A DNA stretch of 64,000 bases from Promethearchaeota archaeon. Lineage in GTDB: Archaea; Asgardarchaeota; Lokiarchaeia; Sigyniarchaeales; SOKP01. A program made the position numbers and the translations under genes. The notes under the pieces were generated by a model. It had not been told where the DNA came from and searched no databases. It worked only from the letters and a program-made list of their open reading frames with translations. The stretch covers positions 33,874-97,873 of the forward strand of contig JAEOTR010000044.1 of NCBI GenBank assembly GCA_016839705.1. The letters run 5' to 3'. Shown one piece after another: positions 29,985-39,515 of the stretch. The first letter of the stretch is position 1; each line of letters begins with the position of its first letter.

Positions 29985-30878
29985 TCATTTAATAACGTAT
30001 ACCAATTTTTCTCCTTCTTGTTCTTCAAGATTCAACTCTCTTCTAATAGCATTTCTAATCAAATATCCCCCAACATGAAGTATAGAATCTTTTAGAATGG
30101 AATCTTGATCCATAGAAGCATTACAAGGATAAGCGTGGTGAGCTTTACTGATTTTTTCATTTAAAGAAGTTTCGCCACTTTTTCCGTTTTTAAAGTATTT
30201 AGCTTTTAATTGCTGACAGATATAATAGCTTGAACCGCAAGGTGCTGACTGTAAAACACAAGTATCTTCTATTGATTCCCCATCTTTACTTAATAAAAAG
30301 GAAATAATAGGTTCTCCGATTTTAAAAAAATCTATAAATTCATAAACAAAATTATGGTCCTCTGTAAGATGGAAACCAACCTTATTATATTCATTGTATT
30401 CTTTACTAAGTGCACAAAAAGGTTTAGGGAAAGCTGCTTGAATACCATTTTTTTCAAATTCTTTTAACACTTGTACCTGTAATCCTGCAGGAATCCACTT
30501 TGGATCTTCAATAGGTACGATAACTGCTTTTACATTTTTATCTTTTAAATAATCAGGGAGTCCAGATAATAAATCTTGATGTATTCCCACAACTAATACA
30601 AAATCTACAGGAGGGAGATTGGCTGGAAGGTATTCCTCTGGTTCTTCAATAAAGTCAGGAATATTCTCACCAATTTTTTCATAGAAATAAATGGTATTCG
30701 CAAAACTCTTTAAATGTTCCCGACAATTATCGCATTTAACTTTTTGTTCTAATACTTCACATGCTTTACAAAATTCTTCGGTATTTATGAGATTTCCAAC
30801 AAACTTTTGGGTTAACATCTCAGTTTCAGGTGTTGTTCCGTAAAATACTCCTAATTTATAATTTTTGGCACTCATCAT
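29985..30878 (-). CDS. DUF166 family protein
   Basis: GIHQDL, PKPFCAL, SAPCGS, HHAYPCNASM..D.ILH.GG. Cys-rich N-terminus. Confidence 0.75.
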   Translation of the reverse strand: MMSAKNYKLGVFYGTTPETEMLTQKFVGNLINTEEFCKACEVLEQKVKCDNCREHLKSFANTIYFYEKIGENIPDFIEEPEEYLPANLPPVDFVLVVGIHQDLLSGLPDYLKDKNVKAVIVPIEDPKWIPAGLQVQVLKEFEKNGIQAAFPKPFCALSKEYNEYNKVGFHLTEDHNFVYEFIDFFKIGEPIISFLLSKDGESIEDTCVLQSAPCGSSYYICQQLKAKYFKNGKSGETSLNEKISKAHHAYPCNASMDQDSILKDSILHVGGYLIRNAIRRELNLEEQEGEKLVYVIK

Positions 30879-30975
30879 TAAACTGTCATCAATAAATGCT
30901 TTTATTTGTATTTTTAATAATTTATAAAATTATTAAATATAATTGTGAACATGTTCAATTAGGAAATCTGTATGA

Positions 30976-31437
30976 TTAATCCTCATATATAGCCATAGTA
31001 CTCCTACTTTCTCTTACTTTTACTAAGATCTTTTTATCCTGATAAATATCTTTTAATTTACTATGGATATATTTTGCTAATAATTCACTTGTTGTTGCAG
31101 GTAAGGGAAGGAAACGTACATCACTACGGGGGAAAACGTATCGTTTATTAGATGTAATAACTTCAATAGATTCTGAATCTTCTTGAATTTGTACATCTGT
31201 TGATTCTGTTGGAATTAAAATATAGTGATTCATCGGTTCGACTATCGATGACAGTTTTTCCTTTAATTCAAGAAAATCTACAACAAAATGATTCTCATCT
31301 AAAGTGTGACTTATTTCAACAGAAACATAATAATTGTGACCGTGAAGCCTTGAACATTGACTTGGTTTTTTTAAGAAATGGCATGCACTAAATTTTATAC
31401 TCGATGAATTTAAAACAACTCTAAAACTCAAATACAA
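30976..31437 (-). CDS. queD: 6-carboxy-5,6,7,8-tetrahydropterin synthase
   Basis: FSACHFL, CSRLHGHNY, VVDF..LK, TTSELLA, VRES. Confidence 0.9.
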   Translation of the reverse strand: MYLSFRVVLNSSSIKFSACHFLKKPSQCSRLHGHNYYVSVEISHTLDENHFVVDFLELKEKLSSIVEPMNHYILIPTESTDVQIQEDSESIEVITSNKRYVFPRSDVRFLPLPATTSELLAKYIHSKLKDIYQDKKILVKVRESRSTMAIYED

Positions 31438-31651
31438 TCAACCTAGCTTTTAATTTTTTACGATACTTATTTTTGATTAGTAGATTCTCTCCTACATTTT
31501 TATAGTTTATGTATTAGAACAATAACTTTGTATGTATTTTAGAGGAAAGTAGATCAAATAAGATTTAAAATAAAACTTCAATAATAAATAATAAATATTT
31601 TAAAAAAGATATGATTGCTACTTCATATAACAAATTTGAGATGTTCAAATT

Positions 31652-33220
31652 ATGGAAAACAAGAAATTAGCGGTGACCGGAGCTAATGGATATTTAGGGA
31701 AACACACGATCAATAGAGCAATCAAAAAAGGATGGCAAGTTATAGGTCTTGTACGTCGAGAGGAAGCAGCAAAAGAATTAAATATGCTTGGTGCTGAGAC
31801 AGTAATAATTAAAAATTTCACCCTAGAATCTTTAAAGAAGGCTTTAGTAGGATGTAATGCCGTTATTCACTTCAGAGGAGTCGTTTGTGGTGCGAGAGAT
31901 ACATTTGATGAGATTAATGTTAAGGGAGCACATGCTTTAGTTGAAGCTGCTTCTGAGCTAAAAATAAGACGTATCATATTTCCTTCAGGATTAGGAGTTG
32001 ATAAATATGGAATCGAAGATTGGGCTGATAATGATTATTTCCGGTCAAAAAAGGAAGCTGAACAAATAATTAAGCAAGGAAAAGTTCCATACGTTATTTT
32101 CAGACCTTCATATATTTTGGGTCCTGATGATGAACTCATTCCAGAAATTGTAAAACAAATCGGAGGTCAAACCGTTAGTGTTGCTGGGAGTGGTAAAATT
32201 CCAATGCAACCTATTTTCGTAAACGATGCTGTTGAAGCTTTTTTAGGCGCTGCTGAGGGATTAGGTCAAGATAATATGATTTATGATCTAGTCGGACCTG
32301 AGATTATTAATATGATTGTCTTAATTGAAAGAGTTTTCAAACACATGGATGAGATGGGTTTTCACGTACCTCCACCACGAATTCAACATGTAAGCTATGA
32401 AGATGCTCCAAAAGCTCTCGGGCTATGTAAAGAAATGGTTGATGTAATGAAATGTGATATTATCTCTGATGGTACTATTACTGCTAAGAGTTTAAACTTT
32501 AAATTAAATAGTTTGGATGAAGCCATTAGAGCAGCAATTACAATACAAATGTTTCCGATATCGAAAGAAAATGGTGAATGTGCAATAATCTTGTTGTCGG
32601 GGGGGATTGACTCTGCTACCGCACTATATTGGGCATATAATGAAGGATACACCCTAATTGCTCTTTCATTTAATTACGGATACCGTCCAGAAAAAGAGAA
32701 AAAAGCAGTATTTAAACTCTCAGAAAATCTGGGAGTTAAAGTAATTGAAATTCCTGTTGAGTATGTTAAAGAAGCAATGGAATTACGCATAGGAGGAATG
32801 CCTGTCCCTAGTGCTGTTCATGCTCCTGAAGGATTTATCCCATCACGTAACCTTGTTTTCTATTCTATAGCGGCGTATTTTGCCGAAATATACGGTTGTA
32901 AGTTTATAATAGGCGGGCATATGGCGGCAGATCCTATAAAATTCCCAGATGCCTCAATAGATTTCTTTGAATCGTTAGAGAAATTAATTAATAAAGGTAA
33001 GCACATTAAAGATAAATCTACAATAAAAATATTATTGCCCTTAATAAAATTGACAAAAGTTGATGTTATAAGATTAGCTATCAAATTAAATGTTCCTTTA
33101 AATTGGACATGGAGTTGTTATAACGATGAAAACAAACCTTGTGGTAAATGTTCTCCTTGTAATAAGAGAAGAGAAGCTTTTCAAAATCTAAATTATGCTG
33201 ATCCCGAATTCGCATTATAA
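31652..33220 (+). CDS. queC: Fusion of an NAD(P)-binding atypical SDR (NDUFA9-like) and 7-cyano-7-deazaguanine synthase QueC
   Basis: N-terminal TGANGYLG, YFRSK, FRPSYILG. C-terminal LLSGGIDS, FIPSRN, FPDA, TWSCY..PCGKCSPC. No stop between the domains. Divergent from queD. Confidence 0.88.
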   Translation: MENKKLAVTGANGYLGKHTINRAIKKGWQVIGLVRREEAAKELNMLGAETVIIKNFTLESLKKALVGCNAVIHFRGVVCGARDTFDEINVKGAHALVEAASELKIRRIIFPSGLGVDKYGIEDWADNDYFRSKKEAEQIIKQGKVPYVIFRPSYILGPDDELIPEIVKQIGGQTVSVAGSGKIPMQPIFVNDAVEAFLGAAEGLGQDNMIYDLVGPEIINMIVLIERVFKHMDEMGFHVPPPRIQHVSYEDAPKALGLCKEMVDVMKCDIISDGTITAKSLNFKLNSLDEAIRAAITIQMFPISKENGECAIILLSGGIDSATALYWAYNEGYTLIALSFNYGYRPEKEKKAVFKLSENLGVKVIEIPVEYVKEAMELRIGGMPVPSAVHAPEGFIPSRNLVFYSIAAYFAEIYGCKFIIGGHMAADPIKFPDASIDFFESLEKLINKGKHIKDKSTIKILLPLIKLTKVDVIRLAIKLNVPLNWTWSCYNDENKPCGKCSPCNKRREAFQNLNYADPEFAL

Positions 33221-33334
33221 CACAAAATTATCAAATTATTACTAACACTTTTGATAATTATGAAGAAAAATTATTAAAACCTAAATTATATCATATACAT
33301 ATAAATAATCGCAAGTGATTTGGAATAGAATCCC

Positions 33335-33994
33335 ATGATTGATACTAATAACTCAGATTCGCAGGAAATTTTTGAAACAATTCACGTTATATGTCCTACA
33401 TGTAAAGCAAAAAAAGATTTAAAAATCCCTTCCAAAATTATTAACCAAGCTAAGCAACTAACTACGGTGTCAATACCCTCTGGAGCTGTATGTGAACATG
33501 GTTTTCAGGCTTTTGTAGATAAGAATTTTTCTGTTCGGGGTTACCAAAAAGTTGACTTTGAATTCTACAAAATGGAATTCTATGAAGGTGGTGGTGAAGA
33601 TACTGAAATTGAAACAGATGATACTACATCAAGTCTCTCCGCAAAACCACTTTTTAAAGAGATTATTAAGCTTTTAAGAAGCTATGTAGATGATAAGGAA
33701 ATCTTAGGAAGCGGAATATTTACAACTGATGGGACTGTACTCTATTCTTCCCTTCCGAGTAATACTTTATTTTCCATTATTAAGGAGTTTGAAGTTAGAA
33801 GTGAAAAAAAACTCAGTAGCTTAAAGAAAATGTACTTAGAATTGGAAAATAATCAGAAGATCTGCTCAAATTATATCATGATTCAAGAAATCAGGTTTGC
33901 AATAGTATTATTTTTCTCTCAAATTGTAAAGTTAGGAATGGGTAATTTATACCTTAATGACCTGGTAAAGAAAATTAAGAAATTAGAAAGCTAA
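33335..33994 (+). CDS. Zn-binding domain + roadblock/longin-like domain protein
   Basis: CPTC..CEH.FQAFVDKNF.VRGYQ N-domain, then ILGSGIFTTDGTVLYSSLP..LGMGNL C-domain. Confidence 0.7.
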   Translation: MIDTNNSDSQEIFETIHVICPTCKAKKDLKIPSKIINQAKQLTTVSIPSGAVCEHGFQAFVDKNFSVRGYQKVDFEFYKMEFYEGGGEDTEIETDDTTSSLSAKPLFKEIIKLLRSYVDDKEILGSGIFTTDGTVLYSSLPSNTLFSIIKEFEVRSEKKLSSLKKMYLELENNQKICSNYIMIQEIRFAIVLFFSQIVKLGMGNLYLNDLVKKIKKLES

Positions 33995-34443
33995 ATCTCA
34001 AATTTTATTGGTATTATCGCCTCTTCAGGACATTGTGCCGCACATCTCAAACATCCTTGACATTTAGCAATTTCTTTAAACTTAAATCTAATCCCTTCTA
34101 CTTCTTTATTCTCATTGTTTTTTACTAAATCTTTATAAAAAAGGTTTTTTGGACAAAAATTTCCACTTGCATCAAGGCATTCTTCACACATCGAACAGTT
34201 TTCATGATCAATTTTAAGACTCACTAGCTGATCTTCAAAATCTATTGATGTAACTTCCACCGCATTACGCGGACAGACTTGAACACAATTTAAACATGCT
34301 TTACATTTGGAATAGTCTATTAATCTAATACTTTTTTCAAAGTATATTGCTTTAGCCTTGCAAGCACGTAAACATCGTTCACACCTTACACATAATTCCT
34401 GGTTTATCTGAACAGGAACAAATTTTTCTTTAATTCTTGCCAA
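33991..34443 (-). CDS. Polyferredoxin (four [4Fe-4S] motifs)
   Basis: CVRCERCLRAC, CKACLNCVQVCP, CSMCEEC..FCP, CQGCLRCAAQCP. Confidence 0.9.
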   Translation of the reverse strand: MARIKEKFVPVQINQELCVRCERCLRACKAKAIYFEKSIRLIDYSKCKACLNCVQVCPRNAVEVTSIDFEDQLVSLKIDHENCSMCEECLDASGNFCPKNLFYKDLVKNNENKEVEGIRFKFKEIAKCQGCLRCAAQCPEEAIIPIKFEI

Positions 34444-34600
34444 AACTTACCACATGTTCAAATCGAATTATTAGTGAATACAATCTAATCTGTATAAAAG
34501 TATGAATCTTTTAAACTTCTTTTTTATAAACTATCACTTAAATGATTGCAATCCTTAACATAAAAAAAGAGGATTTTAGATAACAGGCTGTAGAGTTGTT

Positions 34601-35107
34601 TTATTTCGTTTGCTGTTTTGCTAAAAATTCTTTCACTTTATTACCATGCCTTTCACCATATTTATTACTCGGATCAGCCCCACATGATCTACATTGAAAA
34701 TCATAGGCAGAATTAATTTTCTGACAGTGAGGACAGGAATAGTGGTCCTTCATATTTTCCATCCACTTTTCATACCCTTTTTCAACAATTTGTTCATGAG
34801 CTTCCCATAATTCGAAACGATGAGGTGCTAAAGATTGAAATTCTTTTAAATCATCACAAGGATACTCATCACATTCCCCACAAAAATCAATTCCTTTTTC
34901 CTGAGCGCAAGGATATAGTGTGCAATTATCACAATAAGGGATACGTTTATCGGACCGACACCCATTACATCTCATTTCCTCAGGAGTTATACCAGATAGG
35001 TTAGCAAGGAATGTAAGACGTGCTGGATCTTCCTGTGAAGCAATAAAAACTGTGCAGGCTGGGCAATAAAGACCACAAACTGCAGCATGTGTCTTGTTGT
35101 ACTTCAT
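34601..35107 (-). CDS. DUF3795 Cys-rich protein
   Basis: CGLYCPAC, CNGC, CA..KG..FCGEC..YPC, C-terminal CPHC..CRSC. Confidence 0.85.
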   Translation of the reverse strand: MKYNKTHAAVCGLYCPACTVFIASQEDPARLTFLANLSGITPEEMRCNGCRSDKRIPYCDNCTLYPCAQEKGIDFCGECDEYPCDDLKEFQSLAPHRFELWEAHEQIVEKGYEKWMENMKDHYSCPHCQKINSAYDFQCRSCGADPSNKYGERHGNKVKEFLAKQQTK

Positions 35108-35229
35108 GATAAGAACTAATTTTTTTTAACTCTTTAATTTTTCCAATTACGTTTATAATAATATAGAATTAATTATTAAAATCTCATAAGAACTGAAAAA
35201 ATAGAAATAAAAATTAGAAATAATGATTT

Positions 35230-36030
35230 TTATTGAAAGTATTGGGTATATTCTTTACCCGTACCAGGTAATTGTTGCTGTTGTTGGTACTGTTGAGCTT
35301 TCTGGGCTAATTCTAACATCTTAGCCTTAATCTCTTTACCTTGTTCTATCAAGGGAGCTGTGTTTATCGATAAATTATAGATTTTATTTAAAACTTCCAA
35401 AATACTAGCAGCACCCTCTGGAGTGGGGATTTCTAAAACAAGTGTAAATAACGCATACGCATTCAATCTATTTGTTAACGCTTCGTTTAAAACTGTAGCC
35501 TCTGGTCCTACAATGATCCCTTTCTCTACCTTACTAATCCCGAATTTTTCAAGATGTTCCATCATGGCTTCTTCAGCAGCATAATATACAGGATATTCAT
35601 CAATAATACCTCTCTGGGGGATTCCTTGAAAAATTACTATCTCTTTTGCTTTAACATCCTCAGATAAAGCCCAATTACAGATTGTTTTTGACAGATCATT
35701 ATAGGCATGAGGTATTTGAAAAGGTACCTCGCATATTCCGATAATTAAGTTATGTTGTGGGGAGTAAAGTAGTCTGAATGGATGTTTTAATACACCAGCA
35801 TAGAACACGCTAATTGGAGGTAGATATTCGCTAGTTATAAAACCAATCTCTTTCACATCTGGAAGCTGTTCAATGAGAGTATTTGCAACAATGGGACCAA
35901 TAAGGCCAATCCCCGCAAACCCAAGTACGAGTGTAGCATTTGGTTTAATCTCAATTGTGAGATCATCTATTACAATTGAACTCCTTTTACCCTTATCACA
36001 GATATATTCTTTCTTTACCAAAAGATTCAC
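35230..36030 (-). CDS. Proteasome assembly chaperone, PAC2 family
   Basis: LGFAGIGLIGPIVANTLI, PFRLLY, PTPEGAA, C-terminal polyQ linker and ..TQYFQ. Confidence 0.85.
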   Translation of the reverse strand: MNLLVKKEYICDKGKRSSIVIDDLTIEIKPNATLVLGFAGIGLIGPIVANTLIEQLPDVKEIGFITSEYLPPISVFYAGVLKHPFRLLYSPQHNLIIGICEVPFQIPHAYNDLSKTICNWALSEDVKAKEIVIFQGIPQRGIIDEYPVYYAAEEAMMEHLEKFGISKVEKGIIVGPEATVLNEALTNRLNAYALFTLVLEIPTPEGAASILEVLNKIYNLSINTAPLIEQGKEIKAKMLELAQKAQQYQQQQQLPGTGKEYTQYFQ

Positions 36031-36204
36031 TTTTTACAATTTTATTGATTTTAATATTTGTTGATTATTTTAAATATTAGAATTCTACAATATTAATATT
36101 AATTCTATTTTTTAAAATACCTACCGATTATAATCAATCATCTGGTAATTTATAGGTTATTGAATAATTATAATTATTTTATGAATTTTAAAATACTTGA
36201 GACT

Positions 36205-38055
36205 TTAGAGGTTATCCAATCCTAGGAACTTCAGCTTTTTTAGATTAGGATAACCGGTTTTAAGATCAAATGACCTATAATTATAATAAGCATTTTTCAA
36301 TTTTTCAAAATTTGGACTCTTACCGGCAGCACCACCTTCATTAACAGGTGTTAATAATACCTTTGGTAATTTGTCATCTTCAGGAGTTATTCCCATTTTT
36401 AAATTGAACATACGCTTTATCATATAAATCCTCTCCCCCAATTTCTTAAAATCTGACATATTTAAGTTAATCCCCGTTGCAGCATCAATAAGATCTATAA
36501 CCATTTCCGGGAGGGGATCTGCAATATTACACAATATCATAGAATTATAAATAGCGCGATAATTTTGCGTTAAAGCACAAACTATAGCCATTTCTTCATC
36601 ATCTTGATCCCATTCAATCATTTTAATTCCAAAATCTTCAAGTTTAGATGCTATAAGCATTATAAACATATCACAAGATTCATGACATGGTCCCCTTGGT
36701 GTTCCTAATGCGTATGCTACAGCCATACCATAAAAATTGCGCAGATCATGATAAGGCACTTCCATACCATAAACGGTTGCAATCTCATCTTGAGAAATAT
36801 TAAATTCCTTACCAACAGAATCAGCGCCGTCTGCTAACAAATTTCCAACGCCTTCTCTGTATGCAATTTTTTGAATGAGTTCAAGAGCGGGTTTATAATT
36901 ACCCCATTTTGGTTCTAAACCATCCATATCTTCTGATTTTATTTTCTGATTATTATAAAGATAGTATAGAAGTGCAATAGTACCACTACCACTAATCGTA
37001 TCAATCCCAAAGTCATTACATAAATAATTTGCTCTTTCAATCGATTCCAAGTTATCATTTAAAATTAAAGAACCAAAGCCTACCACTGTTTCATATTCTG
37101 CGGCTTCAAATTCATATTCGGTTTTGAAATCTCCTTCCTTTATGAGAGCTTTATGAGCACATCCTATTGGGCATGAATAGCAATGATATTTTCTTGTATA
37201 AATTTTTTCAGATGCCATTGTTCCCGAGATTTTATATGCTTCTTCCCATGTACCTAAAGTCCAATATTTTATAGGTAGATCACCATAAACATTAGCCGCA
37301 TCGAGAAATCCCGAAGTGCCTAGAAGCCCCATTGTTTTAGGAATGAACGAATCCAATATGTGCTTTGTTGCTTTTTCTATAGTATTCTTAAGTTTCTCGG
37401 GATTAGCAGCAGAATATGTCTTTTTATTACCTCTAATAACTATGGCTTTTAATTTTTTTGAACCCATTACCGCTCCCATTCCAGTTCTTCCTGCGGCTTT
37501 ATCTTCTGAAGCAATTGTAGCGTATTTTACAAGTTTCTCCCCCGCGGGACCAATACAAGCAACCCGTGCATTTAATCCTAAATTTTCTTTCAATATTTTG
37601 GAAGTTTCAAAGATGCCTTTCCCCCATAATGATCCAGCATCCTTGATATTAATATTATTTTCAGTAATTTCTAAATAAACGGGATTTTTTGAAGCACCCC
37701 TTATAATAATACCATCATATCCTACTTTCTTCAGTTCAGGACCGAAAAACCCCCCACAGTTAGATTCACCCCAGATTCCTGTTAATGGAGATTTAGCGCA
37801 TACAACAAATCTTCCGCTTGTAGGAATATTAGACCCACAAAAAGGACCTGTCATGAACATTAGAATATTTTCTAGAGATAAAGGATCGGTGTTTTTATTT
37901 ATCTTGTCATATAAGTATCTACAGCAGTAACCAGCGCCCCCAAGGAAGTTTTGCGCAATTTCTTTATCTAATGGTTCATCAGTGATGGTACTCTCATTTT
38001 TGTTTAAATTAATTACTAAAAGTTTCCCTGCAAAACCCATCAAATGGAAAGACAC
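36205..38055 (-). CDS. aor: Tungsten-dependent aldehyde:ferredoxin oxidoreductase family
   Basis: KSPLTG.WGESNCGG, GRTGMGAVMGSKKLKA, CYSCPIGC, EYET, DDKLP. Confidence 0.93.
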   Translation of the reverse strand: MSFHLMGFAGKLLVINLNKNESTITDEPLDKEIAQNFLGGAGYCCRYLYDKINKNTDPLSLENILMFMTGPFCGSNIPTSGRFVVCAKSPLTGIWGESNCGGFFGPELKKVGYDGIIIRGASKNPVYLEITENNINIKDAGSLWGKGIFETSKILKENLGLNARVACIGPAGEKLVKYATIASEDKAAGRTGMGAVMGSKKLKAIVIRGNKKTYSAANPEKLKNTIEKATKHILDSFIPKTMGLLGTSGFLDAANVYGDLPIKYWTLGTWEEAYKISGTMASEKIYTRKYHCYSCPIGCAHKALIKEGDFKTEYEFEAAEYETVVGFGSLILNDNLESIERANYLCNDFGIDTISGSGTIALLYYLYNNQKIKSEDMDGLEPKWGNYKPALELIQKIAYREGVGNLLADGADSVGKEFNISQDEIATVYGMEVPYHDLRNFYGMAVAYALGTPRGPCHESCDMFIMLIASKLEDFGIKMIEWDQDDEEMAIVCALTQNYRAIYNSMILCNIADPLPEMVIDLIDAATGINLNMSDFKKLGERIYMIKRMFNLKMGITPEDDKLPKVLLTPVNEGGAAGKSPNFEKLKNAYYNYRSFDLKTGYPNLKKLKFLGLDNL

Positions 38056-38170
38056 CTTTTATTACCATAAAAATTTTATATCTTCTATTGTTCCTTGCTT
38101 TAAAAAGGCTGTTAATAAATCTTATATGAAGCTAAACATTAAAAAAAATAATAATTCTATCGTGAAGATC

Positions 38171-38686
38171 ATGGAGAAAAAGGATTTGATTGAGGGTGAT
38201 GTAGCCCCATTATTTAAATTAGACTCATTTAATGTCGGATCAATTAATTTAGCAGAATTTAAAGGACAAAAAGTTGTTTTAATATTTTCTAGATACTTTG
38301 GATGCCCTATATGTTTGGTGGATCTTTCCATTTTGATGAAAAGAAAATCTGAGATTGAAGATAAAGGAGCTAAGATCTTATATATTACTCAATCAGGTGA
38401 AAAAATAGCAAAAAAGTATATTGAAATTGAAAAGATTGATTTTCCTGTCATTCCAAGTTCAAAGGATGAATTATACGCAGACTATGGTTTAGGATTAATG
38501 ACGCCTGAAGCTGTTAAGCAAATCCCACTTAAATTAAAACAAGTTAAAGAATATGGTTTTGAACATGGAGAATATGAAGGTTGGGAACAACAAGGACCAG
38601 GTCAATTTATAATTGATGAGGATGGTAATATCATCCATGCAAAAAAAGGTTGGCTTGATATTGACAGTTTAGTTACTTCTTTATAG
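38171..38686 (+). CDS. Peroxiredoxin-like (AhpC/TSA, CxxC) protein
   Basis: GDVAPLFKL, FSRYFGCPIC, PGQFIIDEDG. ATG 38171 avoids overlap with aor. Confidence 0.85.
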   Translation: MEKKDLIEGDVAPLFKLDSFNVGSINLAEFKGQKVVLIFSRYFGCPICLVDLSILMKRKSEIEDKGAKILYITQSGEKIAKKYIEIEKIDFPVIPSSKDELYADYGLGLMTPEAVKQIPLKLKQVKEYGFEHGEYEGWEQQGPGQFIIDEDGNIIHAKKGWLDIDSLVTSL

Positions 38687-39019
38687 GTATTAAAAATTAG
38701 GAAATTAGAGAATTTCTTAATATAAAACTTAAAAAACTATAATTTGAAACTTAATGAAATTAACATTATCAAAATATTACTCATTTTCAAAAAGCAAGTA
38801 TAAAAAATAAAAAGATAATGGGATGAAGATAATTCAAATTGTTATATAATCTGTTTTTATATTATATTTTTTGAGGATATTACTAGGATATCACTTAATT
38901 TCAAAAGAAGAATCTCATGTTTTTAGTATATATTTGGATATTTCTCTGATAATACCAGAGAAAAACAAAAAAAAAAGCATGGAAAAAATTCCATAAAAAT
39001 AAAATTAGGAATAGAGAAG

Positions 39020-39484
39020 ATGTTCAGCTCAAACTTACAGGAATCACAACAAGTTCCTAAACAACTCCATAATTTTTGTCAAATTAAATCTCCTCACTAT
39101 TTTCAAAATTGCCAAGATTGCGGATATAGACATAAAGGGATTTGTAATAAATCTTATCCATATAGGTTTGGTAATTATAATACTGAAAAATCATTGAACG
39201 TTGAAGAGAAAATTGAAATAACGACAATTCCCAGAATTGAAGATACTGAACCCGTTTTAAACCTTAAGAATCTGTTTTATGAAAAAAAAGTAGATAATAA
39301 CTCTCAAAAATCCATAGAGTTATTCCCACAAAAGGCAAAATATGATAATTTTAAACTACTTACTGATATTCAGAGGGTATTGCAAAAATGTCAGCATCTA
39401 ACCCCTAAAGATAGATTAAATTATTGCAATACTCAACGTTATTTCATGAAGTTATATTTGCGTGAAATTAACAAACCAAAATAA
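39020..39484 (+). CDS. Hypothetical protein with a Cys/His cluster
   Basis: C..H..CQDC..H..C, no family recognised. Confidence 0.5.
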   Translation: MFSSNLQESQQVPKQLHNFCQIKSPHYFQNCQDCGYRHKGICNKSYPYRFGNYNTEKSLNVEEKIEITTIPRIEDTEPVLNLKNLFYEKKVDNNSQKSIELFPQKAKYDNFKLLTDIQRVLQKCQHLTPKDRLNYCNTQRYFMKLYLREINKPK

Positions 39485-39515
39485 GTTGCTTTGATTTATT
39501 AGGTAAAGATATGGT

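Noticed and set aside
37982-38170. N-terminal extension of the Prx-like ORF in the track
   Set aside because: It overlaps the aor 5' end on the opposite strand, and family similarity starts at ATG 38171.
38171-38686. Peroxiredoxin-like gene as a selenoprotein
   Set aside because: The active site is CPIC with ordinary Cys codons. There is no in-frame TGA and I saw no SECIS-like hairpin downstream.
38941-38963. Hairpin TTTCTCTG-N7-CAGAGAAA as a terminator
   Set aside because: It is followed by an A-run rather than a U-run on the plus strand, and it is not directly after a gene on either strand.
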